From Acidovorax sp. FHTAMBA (GTDB taxonomy: Bacteria > Pseudomonadota > Gammaproteobacteria > Burkholderiales > Burkholderiaceae_C): 32,000 nt of DNA. The stretch covers positions 985,640 to 1,017,639 of the forward strand of contig NZ_CP152407.1 of assembly GCF_038958875.1 (NCBI RefSeq), in the 5' to 3' direction. Below are positions 1-6,680 of the stretch, piece after piece. Below the pieces are notes generated by a model, which made no database searches, was not told the origin of the DNA, and was given only the letters and a program-made list of their open reading frames with translations. The translations under genes and the position numbers were made by a program. Position 1 is the first letter of the stretch; every line of letters starts with the position of its first letter.

Positions 1-1
1 C

Positions 2-79
2 GACGGCCGGGTGCCGCATGCCATGCTGCTGGAAATCCTGACCGATCAGGCCTACGGCACCATGATCCGTAGTCATTGA
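2..79 (+). CDS. 3' end of an unidentified gene (partial, 5' end outside window)
   Basis: Frame open from the window edge (DGRVPHAMLLEILTDQAYGTMIRSH) to TGA at 77-79. Too short to assign a family. Confidence 0.35.
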   Translation, partial: DGRVPHAMLLEILTDQAYGTMIRSH

Positions 80-108
80 TGAACACCCCCCTGAGTCGCT
101 GCGCGCCT

Positions 109-148
109 TCCCCCCTCTCTTGCATTGCTGCGCAACGCGGAGGGGGGA
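109..148. other. GC-rich stem-loop (9-bp stem tcccccctc / gagggggga, 22-nt loop) 30 nt downstream of the preceding stop
   Basis: Positions 109-117 are the exact reverse complement of 140-148. No T-tract follows, so terminator function is unproven. Confidence 0.3.
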
Positions 149-283
149 CACCGCCAGCGCCCTCACAGCGGAATACTGGCGGCCCTTGTGCGGCGGTCGC
201 TGGCTTGGGTCGCGCGCAATGCAAGCGCTGTGCCTGTTGCATGGGCCGCATCAATGCGACTCATTAGACGCAGAGGATGAACC

Positions 284-979
284 ATGCGCCTGCTTTTGGT
301 CGAAGACGACATCATGGTGGCCAGCGGCATCAAGCTGGGGCTCACGGACGCTGGTTATGCCGTGGACTGGGTAGGCAGTGGCGAGCGCGCTGAAGAGGTG
401 CTGCGCGCGGAATCGTTCGACGCGGCAATCATCGACATCGGCCTGCCTGCCATGGACGGGCTCGAGCTGACCCGCCGCCTGCGCCGCCCCGACATGGTGA
501 GCCCGGCGATGCCGGTGCTGATCCTCACAGCGCGCGACGCGCTGCATGACCGCGTGCAGGGCCTGGACCTGGGGGCCGATGACTACATGGTGAAACCTTT
601 CGAGCTGCCCGAGTTGCTGGCGCGGTTGCGTGCCCTGCTGCGCCGCTCGCAGGCCGCCACCACGGCGGTGCTGAACTTCGGGCCGCTGGAGCTGGACACC
701 GCAGGCCGCCGTGCCAGCGTGCGCACCGCAGAGGGTGAACAGGTCATCGAACTGGGCCCCCGGGAGTGGACGGTGCTCGAATACCTGCTCATCAACGCGC
801 CCAAGCCTGCCAGCAAGGACAAGCTGCTGCAGGCGCTCACCGGCTGGGACAAGGAGATCACGCCCAACGCGGTCGAGGTGTATGTCTCGCGCCTGCGCGG
901 CAAGCTGGAGCCCCATGGCGTGGCGCTGCGGTCCATCCGAGGCTTTGGCTATCGGCTGGAACTGCAGGCCGCCGCCTGA
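284..979 (+). CDS. OmpR/PhoB-family two-component response regulator
   Basis: 231-aa ORF. Receiver domain (MRLLLVEDD..., IIDIGLPAMDG, MVKPF) and C-terminal winged-helix region (VEVYVSRLRGKL...IRGFGYRL). A purine-rich stretch gaggatg lies upstream of the ATG. Confidence 0.95.
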   Translation: MRLLLVEDDIMVASGIKLGLTDAGYAVDWVGSGERAEEVLRAESFDAAIIDIGLPAMDGLELTRRLRRPDMVSPAMPVLILTARDALHDRVQGLDLGADDYMVKPFELPELLARLRALLRRSQAATTAVLNFGPLELDTAGRRASVRTAEGEQVIELGPREWTVLEYLLINAPKPASKDKLLQALTGWDKEITPNAVEVYVSRLRGKLEPHGVALRSIRGFGYRLELQAAA

Positions 980-1069
980 ACCGGGCCCGGCAGGCTGCCC
1001 TCCATCCCGGTGACGCGCATGACGAAGCTGGACCGCACCACCCCCTTCCAGCGGCCTGGGTTGCGCGCG

Positions 1070-2518
1070 ATGACCTCCGATCTGCGCAACCGGTTGCTCC
1101 TGTTGCTGGTGCTGCCCCTGTTTGCCTTGGCGTTGGTGGGGGTGTGGCTGGACTACCGCTCGGCCGACGAGGCCGCCGGACGGCATGACCAGCGCCTGCT
1201 GCGCTTGCTCCCGGCGCTGGCCGATTCGGTGCTGGCGCCTTCGATCCGCGACAGCGAGCCCCCGCTGTTGTTGCTGGCACCGCCGGTCGAGGACTTCCTG
1301 CGCCAGAACGCCGGGTTTGCTGCGTACAGCGTGCGCGACACCTCGGGCCGCCTGCTGCTGGGCGATGCCTGGGTCAACAGCGCGGTACCGGGCACACACG
1401 AGCCGGAGTTCCACAGCGCTGAATACGGCGGCGTGACCTACCGCGTGGCGGTGCAGCGCGGGCGAACCGGGGCGGGGGAGCTGGTGGTGGCGCTGGCCGA
1501 CGGTTCCGACCCGCGCCAGCAATGGGCCCAGCAGCTGTTGCTGCGGGTGCTGTTGCCCAATCTGGTGCTGGTGGCCGCGGCGGCGCTGGCCATCCACTGG
1601 GCGGTGGGGCGTGCGTTCAAGCCGCTGGTGGACTTGGCCGAGGCGGTGGAGCACCGATCGCCGCGCGACCTGAGCCCCATCGACGAGGCCTCGTCCCCCG
1701 CCGAAGTGCGCCCGCTCGTGCATTCGCTCAACCGCCTGTTTGCGCTGGTCAATGCCCAGGCCGAGGCGCAGCGCCGTTTCGTGGCCGATGCGGCCCACCA
1801 GCTGCGCACGCCGCTGGCCGGCCTGCAGTCGCAGGTCGAGGCCTGGGCCATGATGGCCAAGGCGGCGGCGCCACCCCGGGTTGCGATCCAAAATTCTGAT
1901 AGAAAAGTGCCTCCAGCGCATGACAGTAAAGCGCAAGGCGCTATTGTTTTAGGAGTTGAACAGATTGAAAAGCTGCGCAACGCCACGCGTCGCACATCGC
2001 AGCTCGCGCACCAGTTGCTGGCACTGTCGCGCGCCGATGCGCGCAGCCTGGACGCGCAGGCCCCCCAGCGCGTAGACCTGAAAGACCTGTGCGAAACCCT
2101 GCTGGAAACGTTTCTCGACCCCGCCACGGGCAAGGGGCTGGACCTGGGCCTGGAAGTCGAGCCCGTGCACGTCACCGGCCACGGCTGGCTGCTGCGCGAA
2201 CTGCTCTCCAACCTGGTGGACAACGCCATCAAATACACCCCGCCAGGGGGCGTGGTCACCATACGCTGCGGCATGCGCCAACGCGCGGGTACGCCCCGTG
2301 TGTTTCTGGCGGTAGAGGACGACGGCCCCGGCGTGCCCGACGCCGAGCGTGGCCGGGTCATGCAACGCTTTTACCGGGTGCCCGGCACACTGGGCGAGGG
2401 CACAGGTCTGGGGCTCGCCATCGCCGACGAAATTGCGCGCGTGCACGGGGCATCCCTCAAGCTGGGGGCTGGCGCGCACGGCCGGGGGCTCTTGGTCACG
2501 GTGGTGTTTGCGCCGTAG
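1070..2518 (+). CDS. Two-component sensor histidine kinase (QseC/PmrB-like architecture)
   Basis: TM segment LLLLLVLPLFALALVGV, second TM, H-box AAHQLRTPLAGL, N-box LVDNAIKYTP, G1 EDDGPGVP, G2 GTGLGLAI. The start is uncertain: ATG 1070 is preferred because it precedes the TM helix, with alternatives GTG 1010 and ATG 1019. Confidence 0.9.
   Translation: MTSDLRNRLLLLLVLPLFALALVGVWLDYRSADEAAGRHDQRLLRLLPALADSVLAPSIRDSEPPLLLLAPPVEDFLRQNAGFAAYSVRDTSGRLLLGDAWVNSAVPGTHEPEFHSAEYGGVTYRVAVQRGRTGAGELVVALADGSDPRQQWAQQLLLRVLLPNLVLVAAAALAIHWAVGRAFKPLVDLAEAVEHRSPRDLSPIDEASSPAEVRPLVHSLNRLFALVNAQAEAQRRFVADAAHQLRTPLAGLQSQVEAWAMMAKAAAPPRVAIQNSDRKVPPAHDSKAQGAIVLGVEQIEKLRNATRRTSQLAHQLLALSRADARSLDAQAPQRVDLKDLCETLLETFLDPATGKGLDLGLEVEPVHVTGHGWLLRELLSNLVDNAIKYTPPGGVVTIRCGMRQRAGTPRVFLAVEDDGPGVPDAERGRVMQRFYRVPGTLGEGTGLGLAIADEIARVHGASLKLGAGAHGRGLLVTVVFAP
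1886..1953. repeat. AT-rich dyad repeat, copy A (inside the histidine kinase CDS, in frame)
   Basis: ...ccagcgcatgacagtaaagcgcaaggcgctattgtttt... shares the blocks gcgc / aagcgc / gctattgtttt with the copies at 6095, 13863 and 22855. It is a local G+C trough inside a G+C-rich gene. Confidence 0.6.
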
Positions 2519-2708
2519 GGTGCAGAGCGCAGCGGCTATGAGGCAATGCGGGCCGTGCCGGCGGTGCGAAAGCCCTTTGTGAACCCTGTGCGAGAATCAT
2601 TTCCACACATGATTTACGCCCTGCCGCAGACCGGCGCATGCCCTGTGGCGTGACGCTGGGCACAGGGCGCCACTGGCCGCATGGCCCCATCCCAGCCCCT
2701 GTTCCTGC

Positions 2709-3371
2709 ATGTCTGAACTTTTGCCCCTTCCAGAGCCAGCCAGTACCGACGATGTGGGTGAAACGCCCGCGGCACGCAAGCGGCCCAAGCCCGGCGAGCG
2801 GCGGGTGCAGATCCTGCAAGCGCTGGCGGCCATGCTGGAGCAGCCCGGGGCAGAGCGCATCACCACGGCCGCGCTGGCTGCACGCCTGTCGGTCAGCGAG
2901 GCGGCGCTGTACCGCCACTTTGCGAGCAAGGCGCAGATGTTCGAGGGGCTGATCGACTTCATCGAACAAACCGTGTTCACCCTGGTCCAGCAGATCACCG
3001 GCCGCGACGTGCCCGACCCGGACCAACCCGCCGAAGTCGGCAGGCGCCAGGCCGCACGCATCGTGGCGCTGCTGCTGCAGTTTGGCGAGCGCAACCCTGG
3101 CATGGTGCGGGTGATGGTGGGGGATGCGCTGGTGTTCGAGCACGAGCGCCTGCAGCAGCGCATGAACCAGTTTTTTGACCGCATCGAGTCCACCCTGCGC
3201 CAGTGTCTGCGGGCGGGGGCTGCGGGCTCTGCCACCCCCACGGTCGATGCCCAGGTGGCGGCCAGCGTGCTGGCGGCGTTTGCCGTGGGCCGCCTGCAGC
3301 GGTATGCGCGTTCGGGGTTCAAGCGCCTGCCCACTGAGCACCTGGACGCCAGCCTCGCGCTGATCCTGTAG
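2709..3371 (+). CDS. slmA: Nucleoid occlusion factor SlmA (TetR family)
   Basis: 220 aa. Long collinear matches to E. coli SlmA as remembered: ERITTAALAARLSVSEAALYRHFASKAQMFEGLIDFIEQ and LLLQFGERNPGMVRVMVGDALVFEHERLQQRMNQFFDRIESTLRQ. Confidence 0.9.
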   Translation: MSELLPLPEPASTDDVGETPAARKRPKPGERRVQILQALAAMLEQPGAERITTAALAARLSVSEAALYRHFASKAQMFEGLIDFIEQTVFTLVQQITGRDVPDPDQPAEVGRRQAARIVALLLQFGERNPGMVRVMVGDALVFEHERLQQRMNQFFDRIESTLRQCLRAGAAGSATPTVDAQVAASVLAAFAVGRLQRYARSGFKRLPTEHLDASLALIL

Positions 3372-3511
3372 CCAGGCGGCCGGGCAGGCCTGTCGCGGGC
3401 GGCTGCTGGCCGACCCTTTGGGGGGGTGGCGTGGCAACAACGGTGGATTTTGGGCGGGCTCCCTATTTTTCCCGGGGGTTTTGGCGGGGGGCGGAATTTG
3501 CTGCAAAATAG

Positions 3512-3525
3512 AACGAACGTTCGTT
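3512..3525. promoter_or_regulatory. Perfect 14-bp palindrome aacgaacgttcgtt in an AT-rich patch, candidate TetR operator
   Basis: Self-complementary 3512-3525, flanked by aaaatag / tttattt. It ends 13 nt upstream of the ATG (3539) of the TetR gene that heads the beta-oxidation operon. Confidence 0.45.
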
Positions 3526-3538
3526 TTTATTTGCCTGC

Positions 3539-4279
3539 ATGCCTTCCACCTCTTCCCCCAGCCCGGTTACCCGCATCCCGCGCGCTCGCAGCGGGACCGG
3601 CCGTGCCCTGCAAAAAGGCCAGCAAACCAAGGCCGCCATTGTCGAGGCCGCCTTGGGGCTGGCCACGCACATCGGGCTGGAGGGCTTGTCGATCGGGGCG
3701 CTGGCGGATGTCACGGGCATGAGCAAATCGGGCGTGTTTGCCCACTTTGGCTCGCGCGAAGAGCTGCAGATCTCCGTCATCCGCGAATACCACACGCGCT
3801 TCGAGCAGGAGGTGTTCTACCCCGCCATGTCCGCCCCGCGCGGCCTGGCGCGCTTGTCGGCCATGTTCGACAACTGGATGAAGCGCACCTCCATCGAAAT
3901 CGACTCGGGCTGCATCTACATCAGTGGTGCGGTCGAGTTTGATGACCGTACCGGCCCCGTGCGCGACGCACTGGCCAGCTCGGTACTGACCTGGCATGCC
4001 GCCATGCAGCGTGCCATAGAGCAGTGCAAAGGCCTGGGTGAGCTGCGTGCAGACACCAACGCCGAGCAGATGCTGTTCGAGATCCACGGCCTCATCCTGG
4101 CGCTGCACTATGAAGCACGGTTCCTGCAGACCCCCGGCTCCATGGGTCGCGCCGTGCAGGGCTTTCACAACATCCTGGCGCGTTACAGCGCCGGGGCGCA
4201 GGCTGCTGCCGCGCCGGCCGAACCGGCTGGCTCCCGGCGCCGCAAAGTTTCCACCCAAACCATCCCATCCAAGGAGTAA
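3539..4279 (+). CDS. TetR-family transcriptional regulator heading the beta-oxidation operon (FadP-like by context)
   Basis: 246 aa. N-terminal HTH (TKAAIVEAALGLATHIGLEGLSIGALADVTGMSKSGVFAHFGSREEL). The stop lies 4 nt before the ACAD start. Confidence 0.85.
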   Translation: MPSTSSPSPVTRIPRARSGTGRALQKGQQTKAAIVEAALGLATHIGLEGLSIGALADVTGMSKSGVFAHFGSREELQISVIREYHTRFEQEVFYPAMSAPRGLARLSAMFDNWMKRTSIEIDSGCIYISGAVEFDDRTGPVRDALASSVLTWHAAMQRAIEQCKGLGELRADTNAEQMLFEIHGLILALHYEARFLQTPGSMGRAVQGFHNILARYSAGAQAAAAPAEPAGSRRRKVSTQTIPSKE

Positions 4280-4283
4280 ACCC

Positions 4284-6080
4284 ATGCCTACCTATACGCC
4301 GCCCCTGCGCGACATGCAATTCGTCATGCACGAAGTGTTCAAGGTCAGTGATGAATTCAAGGCCTTGCCTGCCCATGCTGACGTGGATGTGGACACCATC
4401 AACGCGGTGATCGAGGAAGCCGGCAAGTTTGCTGCCGAAGTGGCCTTCCCGCTCAACATCAGCGGCGACACCGAAGGCTGCGTGCTCGACAAGGCGACCC
4501 ACGAAGTGAAGACCCCCACGGGCTTCAAGGATGCCTACGCCAAGTACGTCGAAGGCGGCTGGGCGGCACTGAGCTGCGACCCGGCCTACGGTGGCCAGGG
4601 TCTGCCCTTCGTGCTGAACCAGTGCCTGTACGAGATGATGAACTCGGCCAACCAGGCCTGGACCATGTACCCCGGCCTGAGCCACGGCGCCTACGAAGCC
4701 CTGCACGCCCACGGCACCGACGCACAGAAGGCGCTGTACCTGCCCAAGCTGACCAGCGGCGAGTGGACCGGCACCATGTGCCTGACCGAACCCCACTGCG
4801 GTACCGACCTGGGCCTGCTGCGCACCAAGGCCGAACCCCAGGCCGACGGCACCTACAAGCTCACCGGCAACAAGATCTTCATCAGCGCGGGTGAGCACGA
4901 CATGGCCGCCAACATCGTGCACCTGGTGCTGGCCCGCCTGCCCGATGCGCCCAAGGGCAGCAAGGGCATCAGCCTGTTTGTCGTGCCCAAGTTCAATGTC
5001 AAGGACGACGGCTCGCTGGGCGAGCGCAATCCGATCTTCTGTACCGGCCTGGAACACAAGATGGGCATCCACGGCAACGCCACGGCGCAGATCTCGCTGG
5101 ACGGCGCCATCGGCACCATGGTGGGCCAGCCCAACAAGGGCCTGGCCGCCATGTTCGTGATGATGAACGCCGCCCGCCTGGGCGTGGGCAACCAGTCGCT
5201 GGGCCTGACCGAAGTGGCCTACCAGAACGCGCTGGCCTACGCCAAGGACCGCATCCAGATGCGTTCGCTCAGCGGCACCAAGGCCAAGGACAAGGATGCC
5301 GACCCAATCATCGTGCACCCCGATGTGCGCAAGATGCTGCTCACTGCCAAGGCGTATGCCGAGGGTGGCCGCGCGCTGCAGATCTTCTGCACGCTGCTGC
5401 TGGACAAGGTGCACAGCCACCCCGATGAAAAGGTGCGCAAGGACTCCGAAGAACTCGTGGCCCTGCTCACGCCCATCGTCAAGGCGTTCATCACCGATAA
5501 CGGCCACATCAGCACCAACGCGTGCATGCAGGTCTTCGGCGGCCATGGCTTCATCAAGGAATGGGGCATGGAGCAGTACGTGCGGGACAACCGCATCAAC
5601 ATGATCTATGAAGGCACCAACACCATCCAGTCGCTGGACCTGCTGGGCCGCAAGGTGCTGGGCAACCAGGGCGCCACGCTCAAGAAGCTGGGCAAGCTGA
5701 TTGGCCAGCTGGTGGAAGAAGAGGGCGTGAACGAGAAGATGGCCGAGTTCATCAACCCCGTGGCCATGCTGGGCGACCAGATGACCAAGTTCACCACCGA
5801 GATCGGCTTCAAGGGCATGCAGAACCCCGATGAAGTGGGCGCAGCCGCCGTGGACTACCTGCGCGTGGCCGGCCACCTGGTGTTTGGCTACCTGTTTGCC
5901 CGCATGGCCCAGGTCGCCCTGCGCGAGATCGCCGCTGGCAACACCGACCCCTTCTACGGCGCCAAGCTGCAGACGGCCCGCTTCTACTTCGCCAAGCTGT
6001 TCCCCGAAACCGCCACGTTGATGCGCACGGCGCGTGCCGGCAGCAAGGTGCTGATGGACACCGATCTGGCACTGGCCTGA
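4284..6080 (+). CDS. Long-type acyl-CoA dehydrogenase (about 600 aa, FadE-like)
   Basis: Start at MPTYTPPLRDMQFVMHEV, with AAGGAG at 4271-4276. ACAD motifs (CLTEPHCGTDLG, GGHGFIKEWGMEQYVRDNRINMIYEGTN). The ORF-track extension back to 4038 overlaps the TetR gene and is Arg/Pro-rich. Confidence 0.93.
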   Translation: MPTYTPPLRDMQFVMHEVFKVSDEFKALPAHADVDVDTINAVIEEAGKFAAEVAFPLNISGDTEGCVLDKATHEVKTPTGFKDAYAKYVEGGWAALSCDPAYGGQGLPFVLNQCLYEMMNSANQAWTMYPGLSHGAYEALHAHGTDAQKALYLPKLTSGEWTGTMCLTEPHCGTDLGLLRTKAEPQADGTYKLTGNKIFISAGEHDMAANIVHLVLARLPDAPKGSKGISLFVVPKFNVKDDGSLGERNPIFCTGLEHKMGIHGNATAQISLDGAIGTMVGQPNKGLAAMFVMMNAARLGVGNQSLGLTEVAYQNALAYAKDRIQMRSLSGTKAKDKDADPIIVHPDVRKMLLTAKAYAEGGRALQIFCTLLLDKVHSHPDEKVRKDSEELVALLTPIVKAFITDNGHISTNACMQVFGGHGFIKEWGMEQYVRDNRINMIYEGTNTIQSLDLLGRKVLGNQGATLKKLGKLIGQLVEEEGVNEKMAEFINPVAMLGDQMTKFTTEIGFKGMQNPDEVGAAAVDYLRVAGHLVFGYLFARMAQVALREIAAGNTDPFYGAKLQTARFYFAKLFPETATLMRTARAGSKVLMDTDLALA

Positions 6081-6094
6081 TCAGTCATGGGTGC

Positions 6095-6158
6095 GGATTT
6101 CAAGTCATTTTGCCACGGAGCGCTTATGTATAAAGCGGTAGCAGCTATTGTTTTGGTA
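6095..6158. repeat. AT-rich dyad repeat, copy B (supplies the start codon and signal-peptide N-region of the DUF2147 gene)
   Basis: ggatttcaagtcattttgccacggagcgcttatgtataaagcggtagcagctattgttttggtag aligns nearly position for position with copy C at 13863-13926. Confidence 0.75.
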
Positions 6159-6563
6159 GCGAGTGCCTTGCCGGCCTGGGCGCAGATGTCGCCCGAAGGC
6201 CTGTGGCGCAACATCGACGACAAGACCGGTGAGGCCAAGGCCGAAATCCGCATCCGCGACATCGGCGGCGGCGTGCTGAACGGGGCGCTGGAAAAGCGCC
6301 TGACCAAAGACGCCAAGCCCGAGGATGTGTGCAATGAGTGCACGGACGACCGCAAGGGCAAGCCGCTGCTGGGGCTGGAGATCATCCGCGCCGCCAAGAA
6401 GGCCGAGGGCAAGGATGTGTGGGAAGGCGGCAAGATTCTCGACCCCGAGAACGGTCGCAACTACACCCTGCGCATGACCCCCATCGAGGGCGGCAAGAAG
6501 CTCGAAGTGCGGGGCTCTATCGGCCCCTTCGGTCGCACGCAGACCTGGATCCGCGTCCAGTAA
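6126..6563 (+). CDS. DUF2147-domain secreted protein
   Basis: Signal peptide MYKAVAAIVLVASALPAWAQ followed by SPEGLWRNIDDKTGEAKAEIRI...GGKILDPENGRNYTLRMTP...LEVRG, which is typical of DUF2147. ATG 6126 is chosen over ATG 6087. Confidence 0.8.
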   Translation: MYKAVAAIVLVASALPAWAQMSPEGLWRNIDDKTGEAKAEIRIRDIGGGVLNGALEKRLTKDAKPEDVCNECTDDRKGKPLLGLEIIRAAKKAEGKDVWEGGKILDPENGRNYTLRMTPIEGGKKLEVRGSIGPFGRTQTWIRVQ

Positions 6564-6587
6564 GCGCTGCTCATCTTTCACAAAACC

Positions 6588-6662
6588 CCGTTCGCCCTGA
6601 GCTTGTCGAAGGGCCTGGATGCAACCCCCTCGCCACGGCTTCGACAAGCTCAGCCCGAACGG
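6588..6662. repeat. Inverted pair of REP-type repeats (ccgttcgSSctgagcttgtcgaagSc family) forming a hairpin
   Basis: 6588-6612 ccgttcgccctgagcttgtcgaagg and 6637-6662 ggcttcgacaagctcagcccgaacgg are near reverse complements with a roughly 24-nt loop. The same unit recurs at 11014, 13945, 29541, 29602, 29669, 31444 and 31471. Confidence 0.85.
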
Positions 6663-6680
6663 ATTGAACCTCATCAAAAC

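Noticed and set aside
251-1936. 561-aa minus-strand ORF antisense to the response regulator and kinase genes. Similar long antisense ORFs occur at 4092-5876, 6105-9035, 8894-10789, 16899-18188, 19314-20663, 21416-22840, 24031-25350 and 29466-30740.
   Set aside because: They are Arg/Gly/His/Gln-rich with no recognisable motifs. They lie exactly opposite genes with strong family signatures. Such open antisense frames are expected in high-G+C DNA.
3418-3500. G-rich stretch with a ggattttgg motif upstream of the TetR gene, as a possible sixth copy of the AT-rich repeat.
   Set aside because: Only the 9-nt end motif matches. The central gcgctt/aagcgc dyad is absent.
4038-4283. Upstream extensions of ORF-track entries (4038, 6603, 10995, 12665, 16434, 18777, 21167, 23164, 20500).
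   Set aside because: The extensions overlap the preceding gene or translate REP repeats, and they are Arg/Pro-rich. Internal ATGs with an RBS and family-typical N-termini give tight operon spacing.
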